Below are positions 9,663 through 19,123 of a stretch of 19,895 nucleotides of DNA, one piece after another. Numbering within the stretch: the first letter of the stretch is position 1; every line of letters starts with the position of its first letter. The stretch comes from Octopus sinensis (Eukaryota). The stretch covers positions 1 to 19,895 of the forward strand of contig NW_021824368.1 of the NCBI RefSeq assembly GCF_006345805.1, read 5' to 3'. Made by a program: the position numbers and the translations under genes. Below the pieces are notes generated by a model. The model did not search any database, was not told where the DNA came from, and saw nothing but the letters and a program-made list of their open reading frames with translations.

Positions 9663-9920
9663 TGTGTGCGTGTGTGTGTGTGTGTTTGTGTGTGTTTGTG
9701 TGTGTGTGTATGTTTGTGTGTCTGTGTTTATCCCTCCAACATCACTTAATAACAGATGGTGGTGTGTTTACGTCACCGTAACTTAGCGGTTCGGCAGGGG
9801 AATACAATAGAATAAATACTAGGCCTGCAAAGAATAAGTCCTGGGGGTCGATTTGCTCGACTGAAGGCGGTGCTCCAGCATGGCTGCAGTCAAATGACTG
9901 AAACAAATATAATAAAAGAA
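9476..9920 (+). mobile_element. SINE family B, near full length, small deletion at the B box
   Basis: Same head, body, microsatellite and 3' half order as 6010-6428. Confidence 0.88.
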
Positions 9921-9986
<66 letters not shown>

Positions 9987-10038
9987 GCTAGCTAGCTAGC
10001 TAGGTATCTATCTATCAAACCATTCATCCATCCATCCA

Positions 10039-10125
<87 letters not shown>

Positions 10126-10138
10126 ACATATATATATA
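9921..10138. repeat. Compound microsatellite (TATC)n-(TAGC)n-(CATC)-(TC)n-(TA)n
   Basis: Direct inspection. Confidence 0.95.
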
Positions 10139-10139
10139 G

Positions 10140-10340
10140 TTAATCCAAACATGAAAACACAAGAAAACACAACAACGTGAGGACGTGGAACAAATATAGT
10201 ATTATTGGACGCTCAGGAAAGAAGGAAAGAAGGAGAGTTTAACGTTTCGAGCGGAGCTCTTCGTCGGAAACATAGGAGAAGGAAAGATCCAGAGAAGGGA
10301 AAACAGAGGAAAAAAATCGCCAACGGTACACACGAGGTCA
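10140..10340 (-). mobile_element. ~200-bp hammerhead-bearing mini-element between (TA)n and (CA)n, probably a solo PLE terminal repeat
   Basis: Pyrimidine-rich minus strand carrying an HHR motif, with sharp microsatellite boundaries on both sides. PLE origin is inferred. Confidence 0.6.
10237..10271 (-). ncRNA. Minimal type I hammerhead ribozyme motif, CCGACGA core variant
   Basis: Minus strand: GUUU CCGACGA A GAGC-UCC-GCUC GAA ACGU U AAAC. 4-bp stem I, 4-bp stem II, palindromic ACGU stem III, GUU triplet. Confidence 0.72.
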
Positions 10341-10388
10341 CACACACACACACACGCACACGCACACACACACGCACACGCACACACA

Positions 10389-10458
<70 letters not shown>

Positions 10459-10499
10459 CACATACACATATATGTATATACCAATGACTTGTAGTAGAC

Positions 10500-10841
10500 A
10501 CACGGTCTTTCGTTACGCAACTATAATATGCTACGAAGTATATTATACATTTCTATAAGTCAATGCCGTGTACTACTTGTGTTAGAAGTGCGTTTAAATC
10601 ACGTGTTAAGGTCATCTCTACAGATTTTCTATAAAAATGATCTCCAGCAATGTTGTTTGTTTACATCTGATGTCACGGATAGGAAATGTCGTAACAACAT
10701 CGGTGCTGACTATAATTTATATAGAAAGACCTTAACACGAGATTTAAACGCACTTCTAACGCAAGTAGTACACGACATTGACTTATAAAAACGTTCAATA
10801 TACTACGTAGCATATTATTGTTGCGTAACGAAAGACCGTGT
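10500..10841. mobile_element. MITE-like element with ~120-bp terminal inverted repeats
   Basis: acacggtctttcgttacgcaac...cacgtgttaaggtc (10500-10620) is the reverse complement of gaccttaacacgag...gttgcgtaacgaaagaccgtgt (10722-10841). No clear TSD. Confidence 0.85.
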
Positions 10842-11790
10842 CACAGCCACCAGGTAAATGTCAGACAGTTCAGAGACACGGACATCTCCTTGCCCTAACC
10901 CTACACAGACATAAAAAGGTCTAGAGGTCCTACCACCGATTGTTACTCTCGCCTGCATGTAATTATGAAACCTCTTGACGATCGATAGAAACGTTGCCGG
11001 ACAGCCAAATCCTCGAATCTGGATCCAAAACACAGGACAGTTGACCATGTCAAACACCTTTGTTAGACCGACACATGCCTTTCAGCCGTCTGCGACATTA
11101 TTCACGGAGAAAATGGGTCACACGTATCATGCCAAAAGTGTTTCAGGCATAAATAGGTTGACATGTTGTACAGGACATCGGAAGAAGGTACGAGAGAGTA
11201 TCTTGCCGGCGTTAGCACGCCGGGCGAAATGCGTAGCCGTATTTCGCCTGCCGTTACGTTCTGAGTTCAAATTCCGCCGAGGTCGACTTTGCCTTTCATC
11301 CTTTCGGGGTCGATTAAATAAGTACCAGTTACACACCGGGGTCGATATAATCGACTTAATCCGTTTGTCTGTCCTTGTTTGTCCTCTCAGTGTTTTAGCC
11401 CCTTGTGGGTAGTAAGGAAATAGGTATTCAGAAGAGAGCCCTACCCCAGCTGTCGCCGAACGCTGCATTCCCTCCTCCCTGCGTCCGCAGATTCTAACAA
11501 CAACGGAGTGCCTCCACCTGTGAGGCACAGTTCCATCCTGTCACAAAGAAGAAACAAAGAGTGAAGATGGGATGTGAGGTGAGGTCCACCCCCACCTGCA
11601 GGTCCCAGCGCCGCTGGGAGAGTTCCCACTCCTGAGGCCCACAGATGACTCGCCAGACTCCATCAAGGGCAGGATAGGGATATCTGGAATCTCCCAAACG
11701 CCGCGAGGTCCGTGAAAATGCTCGCTCCACCCGTAGAGCATCGTAGTTTTCTTCTCAAGTACGGCGTCACTGTATGGCCCCACCGCAGTA
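10842..11790 (-). pseudogene. RTE/BovB-like LINE reverse transcriptase relic
   Basis: Minus-strand pieces in canonical order: WSEHF...IPILPLMES...LRSGNSP, GTVPHRWRHSVVV, GLSS[SINE]AGKILSR...MPET, LTKVFDMVN..FWIQIRGFGCPATFLSIVKRFHNYMQARV...VGLGQG. Multiple stops and frameshifts. Confidence 0.8.
11211..11428 (+). mobile_element. SINE family A inserted into the RTE relic
   Basis: Family A body ending gtagtaaggaaataggtatt, splitting the RT between GLSS and AGKIL. Confidence 0.9.
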
Positions 11791-11799
11791 GCCAGCTTT

Positions 11800-11882
11800 C
11801 TGGGATCGATTCGTTTGATAGGCTCTTTAAGGCGGTGCTCCTGTATGGCCGTAGTCAAATGACTGAAACATGTAAAAGATAA
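11800..11882 (+). mobile_element. SINE family B, 3' terminal fragment
   Basis: aaggcggtgctcctgtatggccgtagtcaaatgactgaaacatgtaaaaga. Confidence 0.8.
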
Positions 11883-12036
11883 GCGGTGGCCAGTGACGTG
11901 CGCACAAAATATGCGATCGACAGGTGCATGCATATATGTGGCGGGCCTCTTACATAATAAATTCTATGGGATTTTTTTCCCCGAAGCGTCACGGCTGGTT
12001 GACGTTGTTTACACGAAACAATGTGAGAACGATTCA

Positions 12037-12068
12037 GAGAGAGGGAGAAAGAGAGATAGAGGGAGAGG

Positions 12069-12101
<33 letters not shown>

Positions 12102-12165
12102 GAAGAGAGAGAGAGAGAGGAAGAGGACAGAGAGGACGAAAGAGAGACGGAGAGAGACGGAGAGA
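12037..12165. repeat. (GA)n polypurine tract
   Basis: Direct inspection. Confidence 0.9.
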
Positions 12166-12231
12166 GGTGGGAGTGGAACGGAAGACTGTTTAAAAACTAG
12201 TTTTTGGTTTTACATATCTGCAGCCATGTTT

Positions 12232-12328
12232 TCGTCGTCGTCGTCGTCATCATCATCATCATCATCCTCAACATCATCACCACAACCGCCACCTCCACCG
12301 CCGCCGCCGCCGCCACCGCCGCCGCCCA
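12232..12328. repeat. Compound trinucleotide tract (TCG to TCA to ACC to GCC)
   Basis: Direct inspection. Confidence 0.9.
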
Positions 12329-12516
12329 GCACAAATTAGGTTACTCTGCCAAAGAGAATAATTCAATAAATAACGTTTGCGAGTGCAGTAAACAACATCA
12401 TTTCATGTAACTCAGTAAATCATTAAAAAACCGCCATCGGAGACGAACCAAAAGATTACAACCACATAAGTTCAAACGTATTTGTCATTGACTCTTTTGA
12501 TTATCCTATTAGGAGA

Positions 12517-13901
12517 GGCGGCGAGTTGGCAGAAACGTTTAAACGCCAGACAAATTGCCCAGCGGCATATCGTCCGTTTTTACGTTCTGAGTTCAAATTC
12601 CGCCGAGGTCGACTTTTGCCTTTCAACCTTTCGGGCTCGATAAATTAAGTACCAGTTACGCACTGGGTCGATGCAATCGACTTAATCCCTTTGTCTGTCC
12701 TTGTTTGTCCCCTCTATGTTTAGCCCCCTGTGGGCAATAAGGAAATAAGAAACGTTAGCACACCACGCGAAGTGCTTAGCGGTATTTCGTCTATCTTTAC
12801 GTTCTGAGTTCAAATTCCGCCGAGGTCGACTTTTCCTTTCATCCTCTCGGGGTCGATAAATTAAGTACCAGTTACGCACTGGTGTCGATGCAATCGACTT
12901 AATACCGTTGTTGGTTCTTGTTTGTCCCCTCTATGTTTAGCCCCCTTGTGGGCAATAAAGAAATAAGAAACGTTTGAACGCCAGACAAATTGCTCAGCGG
13001 CATATCGTCGGTTTTTACGTTCCGAGTTCAAATTCCACCCGGGTCGAATTTTGTCTTTCATCCTTACAGAGTCGATAATATATGTTACAGTTAAGGCGGC
13101 GAGCTGGCAGAATCGTTTGCAGGCCGGGCGAAATGCTTAGCGGTATCTCGTCTGCCGCTACGTTCTGAGTTCAAATTCCGCCGAGGTCGACTTTGCCTTT
13201 CATTCTTTCGGGGTCGATAGATTAAGTACCAGTTGCATACTGGGGGTCGATCTAATCGACTGGCACCCTCCCCCAAAATTTGGGGCCTTGTGCCTAGAGT
13301 AGAAAAGAATATATGTTACAGTTAAGGCGGCGAGCTGGCAGAATCGTTAGCGTCGCTGGTTAAAATGCGTAGCGGCATTTCGTCCGTCATTATGTTCTGA
13401 GTTCAAATTCCGCTGGGGTCGACTTTGCATTTTATCTTTTTAGGGTCGATGGAAGAATTATCGGTTGAGTGCCAGGGTCGATGTAATCAACTTAACCCCT
13501 TCTCGAAAATTTCAAGCCTTGTGCCTATAATAGAAAGGATTATTATTATTATTATTATTATCATTTTTAAGACGGCAAGGTTGACTTTGCCTTTCATCTT
13601 GTCAGGATCGATAAATTAAGTACCAGTCAAATACTGGGGTCGGTCTAATTAACTAGTCCCCTCCCCCCAAATCTCAGGCCTTGTGCTTATAATTGAAAGG
13701 ATTATTATTATTATTATTATTTTTTTTTTTTATTAAGGCAGCGAGGTCGACTATGCTTTTTATCCTTTTTATCCCGGGGTCGATTAAATAAGTACCAGTT
13801 GTGTACTGGGGTCTATGTAACCGACTTACCTCTTCTCCGAAACTGCTGGCCTTGTGCCAAAATTTGAAACCATTATTATGGCGGTGAGCTGGCAGAATCG
13901 C
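12517..13901 (+). mobile_element. Stack of ~8 co-oriented family A SINE copies and fragments
   Basis: Starts near 12517, 12750, 12968, 13095, 13326, 13570, 13735 and 13880. Copy 13095-13307 has a perfect 18-bp TSD aatatatgttacagttaa (13077-13094, 13308-13325). Confidence 0.92.
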
Positions 13902-13974
13902 GAGAGCAGCACCCTAACCACTAGGCCACACACCCTCACATGGGTAAGGAGAAACGCAAATTCATGTGAATTAA

Positions 13975-14190
13975 GAACGTGTTGAATGTACCCCAATTCC
14001 ATTCACCGGGGTAACATTATTTCTACAGAGGGATAATGAGGCAGACGTCAACTCTAGAATCGGGCGTGCAGTGTTCAGGAGCATGAAGAAGATATCTATG
14101 TGTGTGGTTGGACTTAGTATCGTTTAAGGTCATAGGAAGAATTTATCGTAACACTTTTGGTAGGAGTGGCTGCCTATTGTATGTCTACCT
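13975..14190 (+). pseudogene. Short LINE (RTE-like) RT C-terminal relic
   Basis: Frameshifted RGNIISTEG-NEADVNSRIGRAVFRSMKK...KVIGRIYR...LLY resembles the RTE motif LGSIIS.DG..D.EV..RI.KA..AF...K...Y......LLYG. Confidence 0.5.
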
Positions 14191-14397
14191 ACACATGTGC
14201 GTAGGAGAATGGTCAGTAGCAGGTACTGGTAGTCTGAAGTATGTGTGTGTACGTGTATGTATATGTAGTGTCTGTGTGTATGTATGTATGTATGTGTGTG
14301 TTCGTGTGTATATATATATATACATATATATGTCTGTGTGTGTGTGCTCGTATATATATATATATTTATAATAGGATTAGCTCGTATACGAGTAGGT

Positions 14398-15400
14398 ATA
14401 TATTTGTAAAAAATGAAGTTCGAAAATGCTGCTATATTATACAATTTTTAATTTTTATATATACATTATAACATGTTTCAGTTCCTGAAATGAACCTTAT
14501 CAAAAAAAGTTATATATAAAAAAAGATAGTTCATGCTATCAAATATAAGAAATTCATTTACAATACACAATGGAGTCAGACATCATAAAGTTCATATATA
14601 GTTTGAAGTGAGTTCGTTCATGCTATATGTTTAAAGCGTATGATGCAGTGGTTCGTGGTGGTGATATATAAAAAATAGATCAAAGTGGTGGAATGCGGTC
14701 AATATAAAAAATTGATGTTCCTGAAAGAGCGAGGAATTCATTTTTACCTTGAGCAACTGTGATGACTAATGGTGGGTGTTCGCTGGATGATTCTGGCGAA
14801 TCTTGTGAATTGTTCGGGTTTTATAACACCTGTTAGATGGTCAGTCCAGCGTAGCGTGACGTCATCAACGTTTTGACCAATCGTTTCGTTAGGTGGCTTA
14901 GTCAAGCAGAACGGGACGTCATCAACATTCTGACCAATCGTGACCTATCGCTGTATTATAACTGCCTCTTGTCTGTATCCTGTTTTGACCAATCGTTTCG
15001 TTAGGTGGCTTAGTCAAGTAGAACGGGACGTCATCAAAATTCTGACCAATCACGACTTATAGCTGTATTAGATCTGCCTCTTGTCTGTATCTTGTTAGGT
15101 GACTAGTCAAGCAGAAAAGGACGTCATCAATATTCTGACTAATCTCTGCCCCTTGTCTGTATCCTGTCCAGTCTAGCAGAACTAGACGTCATCAAAGTGT
15201 TGACCAATCAGAATCGGGTCTGACCCTTAGCTGTATCGTATGTGGTCAGTCCATCAGTGTTAGATTTGTACGAAGAAATCTTTTTATAAATTTTTTTCCC
15301 TTTTTTCCTAAGGCATATTTCTGTCAGTGTGAGTGACTGTTTAAGGTAGCGGCCGTGGTGGAATTTTGCCTTCTCCTTTCGGAGGACCCTATCTTTTGTT
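14398..15400 (-). mobile_element. 3' UTR / pseudo-LTR of PLE relic 2
   Basis: Follows the endonuclease stop at 15401. Repeated GACGTCA and CCAAT modules (112-bp duplication at 14871 and 14983). 14398-15048 is mirrored at 16312-16972. Confidence 0.8.
14466..14515 (-). ncRNA. Hammerhead-like motif with UUGAUAA core (U3/A8), copy 1
   Basis: Minus strand: UUGAUAA GGUUC-AUUUCAG-GAACU GAA ACAUGU U. Identical to 16863-16896. Stem I weak. Confidence 0.5.
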
Positions 15401-16169
15401 TTAATATTCCTGGCCCAGGGTGTTTAAACTTGGTCTATATTTTTTTATGAATACAGTTTCTTTATTTTGGCGTTGCGTGAAGGTTGCGTTGTCACTGAAT
15501 TTATAGAGCGGGTTAGTTGTAAATTTCGGATTTACATTTCCAGCACATCTATCTATGTGTCCGCTGACCGGTATTTTCCGGTAATCAGGGTTTCTAATTT
15601 GTGATTTATGCACCGCCATCCTGTTACGTAAGCTATTTTTTGTATGGCCTATATACTGCATATTGCAGCCTGCGCATGTTATGACGTAAAATTAAGTTTT
15701 CTGATGCGCAGGGAAGTTTGTTCTAATGGTGAACTGGTGGCCTTGTTCCAGTATAAATTCTGATCCTTCTTTCAAATGACACAGATTCCGCAGTTGGGCC
15801 TTCCACATTTTCTAACTGCTGGTTTTGTAGTTGATGTTGAGTGCAGTGTAGCTTGGGTAAAAATCCTTTTCAAGGATTTTGGTTGCCGTTTACTTTTAAT
15901 GATGGTGTGTGTTTCGAGGATCCGGTTCATCTTTGGGTCTCCCTTTAGTAGGGCTGTGCTTTGTAGTAATGGTGTTTGAAGGCCTCATTGTTGAGTGGTT
16001 TGTGTGTAGAGATGTAGGGAAGGGTTTTTAATTGTTCTTTCTTTTTTGGTTTTGTTTGTCTCAGGTCTTCTATACTTAATTTAAGTACCCGTTGTATTGC
16101 ACTGTCTATTAGGGGCTGTGGATAGTTTCTATTTGTGAGTGTGGTTCTAATTTCCTGGAGACGTGCGTG
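15401..16169 (-). pseudogene. Penelope-like retroelement relic 2 (Neptune-like): RT thumb, Cys linker, GIY-YIG endonuclease; 5'-truncated, ~4 frameshifts
   Basis: Reconstruction: LTNRNYPQPLIDSAI...LPYISTH...LLQSTALLKGDPKMNRIL...IKSKRQPKSLKRIFTQA...KCGRPNCGIC.HLKEGSEF...FTIRTNF.CASENLIYVITCAGCNMQYIGHTKNSLRNRMAVH...VSGH...KETVFIKKYRPSLN. Shifts near 15978, 15780, 15712 and 15690. YIG at 15647-15655. CCHH residues present. Confidence 0.92.
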
Positions 16170-16193
16170 TATATATATATATATATATATACG

Positions 16194-16239
<46 letters not shown>

Positions 16240-16311
16240 CTATATAACTATATATATATATGCATATATATATATATATATATATATATCTATATATATT
16301 ATATCATATAA
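16170..16311. repeat. (TA)n microsatellite at the PLE 5' truncation point
   Basis: Direct inspection. Confidence 0.95.
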
Positions 16312-16324
16312 TGGTCCAATAATG

Positions 16325-16521
16325 ATGACGTCCCGTTCTACTTGACTAACGAAGCGACTGGTCAAAACAGGAAACAAACAAGAGGCAGTTATAATGCAGC
16401 GATTGGTAAAATAATGATGACGTCCCGTTCTACTTGATTAAAGCCACCTAACGAAACGATTGGTCAAAACGTTGATGACGTCACGCTACGCTGGATTGAC
16501 CACCTAACAGGCATTATAAAA
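16325..16521 (+). promoter_or_regulatory. Putative internal Pol II promoter of the pseudo-LTR: CRE/ATF-like and CCAAT modules upstream of a TATA box
   Basis: TGACGTCA 16476-16483, further TGACGTC half-sites, repeated ATTGG, TATAAAA 16515-16521. Mirrored at 14819-14864. Confidence 0.45.
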
Positions 16522-16851
16522 CCGAGCACTTCACAAAAACTCACTAGAACCACCCAGCGAACTTCCACCATGGGTCATCACAATTGCTTAAGGTAAAAAG
16601 AATTCCTCGCTCTTTCGGAAACATCAATCTTCTGTATTGACCGCTTTCCACCACTTTGATCTGTTTTTTTTATTGAATACGTATCGCCACCGTGGGCCAC
16701 TGCATCGAACACTTTGAACATATACTTCAAACTATATATCAACTATACATGAACTATATATCAACTATACATGAACTCTAAGATGTCTGACTCCGTTGTG
16801 TATTATAAATGAATTTCTTGTGTTTGACGGCATGAGCTGTCTTTTTTTTTA

Positions 16852-16900
16852 TATAACTTTTTTTGATAAGGTTCATTTCAGGAACTGAAACATGTTATAA
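16852..16900 (+). ncRNA. Hammerhead-like motif with UUGAUAA core (U3/A8), copy 2
   Basis: Core 16863-16869, stem II 16870-16874/16882-16886, GAAA 16887-16890, ACAUGU 16890-16895, H17 = U16896. Confidence 0.5.
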
Positions 16901-17029
16901 TGTATATATAAAAATTAAAAATTGTATAATACAGCAGCATTTTCGAACTTCATTTTTTATATACAAAATATATATATAATATGATAGTGTGTGTGTGTGT
17001 GTGTTGTGTGTATGTATCTATATAGAACT

Positions 17030-17172
17030 AACTCCGACTTTCCGGATACTGTAGACCGAAAACCTTTTATACAAGTCTAATTTACGAGCAGGAATTTTAA
17101 ATTCCCACAGCCAAACAAACTCGGTGTTGTACCACTACTCTCTGTCTATATATATATGCAGTGTTCAAGTTG

Positions 17173-17217
<45 letters not shown>

Positions 17218-17880
17218 TAAACAGTAAAAATAATTACAGACATGGACAAGAACATGAAACACCACAGAGACGACACAAGAACCACAGGACGGGACATTCG
17301 AAGCCCTCAGTCATCAGTCAAGAACCAGATCATCTTAGCAATTTCGGCTGATTAATCTTGAGATTGCTCCGATATGGCCAGCCCGCCAAGGAAATCTAAG
17401 CCAAGCGCATTAGATCCCCGGAAGAAAGCTTCGAATGTATACAACACGAGGACGGAAAACGAACGAAGTACACGCCACAAAATACAGAATACGTGACACC
17501 AATAAGAATACAAAAACGTAAAAATAACGGTAAAAATAAAAAATAAACAAAAAAACAAAACCAGGACGTAGGACAAGGGTCTTTCGACAGGACGAGTTGA
17601 GTATGGGGCTGGCTTGTGAAGTTGTGCCTAATGGCCGCAGGGAGACGAACAAATACGTGTTGCTTCTGCGACTGCTGGAACGAAAAGAGCGCTCAACACG
17701 GCTAGCGTCACGTGAGAACAAAAGACAGGAGAAAGGGACAGATGAAAAGAGAGAGAAGGTGGACGAGGGAGGAGAAGAAAAAGGAGACAGATCGAGGGGG
17801 CTGGAGGTGAGAGAGATAGATAACGTAGAAGGGGGGGGGGAGACGGATGGAGAGGGAAAGAAAGGAAGGGGAATAAGGGA
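17030..17880. repeat. Unclassified dispersed-repeat-like segment with polypurine tract, split by (TA)n
   Basis: Strong strand asymmetry, GA-rich tail and microsatellite-bounded ends. The resemblance to retroelement UTRs is inference only. Confidence 0.3.
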
Positions 17881-17939
17881 GGAGAGAGAGATATATATAT
17901 ATACATAATGTATGTATTTATGCATGAATAGTGTATACT

Positions 17940-18140
17940 GACGGTGCCCCAGCATGGTCACAGTGTCAAGGCTGAAACAAAGAATAAAAGAATGCATACG
18001 TACATGTGTATATATAGGTGCAGGCTTGGCTATGGTAAGAAGTTTGCTTGCCAACCGCATGGTTCCGCCCGGTCTGGGAATCGAACCCACGATCTCGCAA
18101 TTGTGAATGCAAGACCTTAACCCCTAAGCTATGTGCCTTC
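17940..18140. mobile_element. SINE B 3' end, then a SINE B head fused head-to-head with an inverted tRNA-like SINE head
   Basis: ggtgcaggcttggctatggtaagaag...catggttcc (18019-18067) joins the reverse complement of gaaggcacatagcttagggggttaagg...gggttcgattcccagaccgggcg (18066-18140). Confidence 0.75.
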
Positions 18141-18157
18141 ACAGCATAAATACGTAC

Positions 18158-18697
18158 GGCGAGCTAGCAGAAACGTTAGCTTAGCGGTATTTCTTCTGCG
18201 GTTACGTTCTGAGTTCAAATTCCGTCGAGGTCGACTTTGCTTTCATCCTTTCGGGGTCGATTAAATAAGTACCAGTTACGCGCTGGGGCGATATAATCGA
18301 CTTAATCCGTTTGTCCCCTCTGTGTTTGGCCCCTTGTGGGTAGTAAAGAAATAGGTATTTCGTCTGCCGTTACGTTTTGAGTTCAAATTCCGCCGAGGTC
18401 GACTTTGCCTTTCATCCTTTCGGGGTCGATTAAATAAGTACCAGTTAGGACTGGGGTCGATATAATCGACTTAATCCGTTTGTCCCCTCTGTGTTTGGCC
18501 CCTTGTGGGTAGTAAAGAAATAGGTATTTCGTCTGCCGTTACGTTTTGAGTTCAAATTCCGCCGAGGTCGACTTTGCCTTTCATCCTTTCGGGGTCGATT
18601 AAATAAGTACCAGTTACGGACTGAGGTCGATATAATCGACTTAATCCGTTTGTCTGTCCTCTTTGTGTTTAGCCCCTTGTGGGTAGTAAAGAAATAG
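18158..18697 (+). mobile_element. SINE family A trimer enclosed by a single TSD
   Basis: Units restart at 18354 and 18523. TSD gcataaatacgtac (18144-18157) and gcatacatacgtac (18698-18711). Confidence 0.92.
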
Positions 18698-19123
18698 GCA
18701 TACATACGTACGTGCGATGCAATATCAGGCAATGGCTAAAATGGCTGTACATGTTTACCTTGGGCTACAACAGATATTCTGCTCAATACCACAGATTTAC
18801 TTGTCAGTTGTTTGACCTTAACCAGTTGATCATGTCCCTTAGTGGCTGACGATATGTGTATCTCTAATCATGAGCAGGAATAGTGGGGGAGCATCATAGC
18901 TGTTACACATTCATCTCTATGTGTTTGCGTATGCCAAACTACACCCCCACTCTTGGCACTATTTTGTTAGTGAATAGTACAAACTGTGTGTAAAGTAAAT
19001 AATGTATTACTACGCTGAATGTCGAGTCCGTGTATCATGTAAAGATAATAAACACGTATCGAAAACAATGGCTTTCAATTGGTTGTCTATCCCATTAGAA
19101 CACAAACTACGTACAACAATAGC

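Larger units (their letters stand above)
16312..16972 (+). mobile_element. Inverted copy of the PLE relic 2 terminal repeat
   Basis: Colinear reverse complement of 14398-15048 along its full length, with substitutions and several indels. Confidence 0.92.

Noticed and set aside
11893-12410. 148-aa ORF with ER repeats and poly-S/poly-P
   Set aside because: Built from (GA)n and trinucleotide tracts; no domain.
12517-13901. CRISPR-like or satellite interpretation of the repeated blocks
   Set aside because: Units are 170-230-bp SINE bodies with TSDs, there are no unique equal-length spacers, and the context is eukaryotic.
15401-15661. Intact stand-alone GIY-YIG nuclease gene
   Set aside because: The ATG lies inside the domain after the GIY half-motif, and upstream frameshifts show it is part of a dead PLE ORF.
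17290-17375. Minus-strand CUGAUGA...CGAAU and an upstream AGCAAU...GAAAUUGCU hairpin
   Set aside because: No arrangement gives the core, GAAA, an NUH site and three stems in any HHR topology.
17410-18090. Longest ORF (226 aa, minus strand)
   Set aside because: Crosses a SINE head, (TA) repeats and a CT-rich tract; low complexity and no recognisable motifs.
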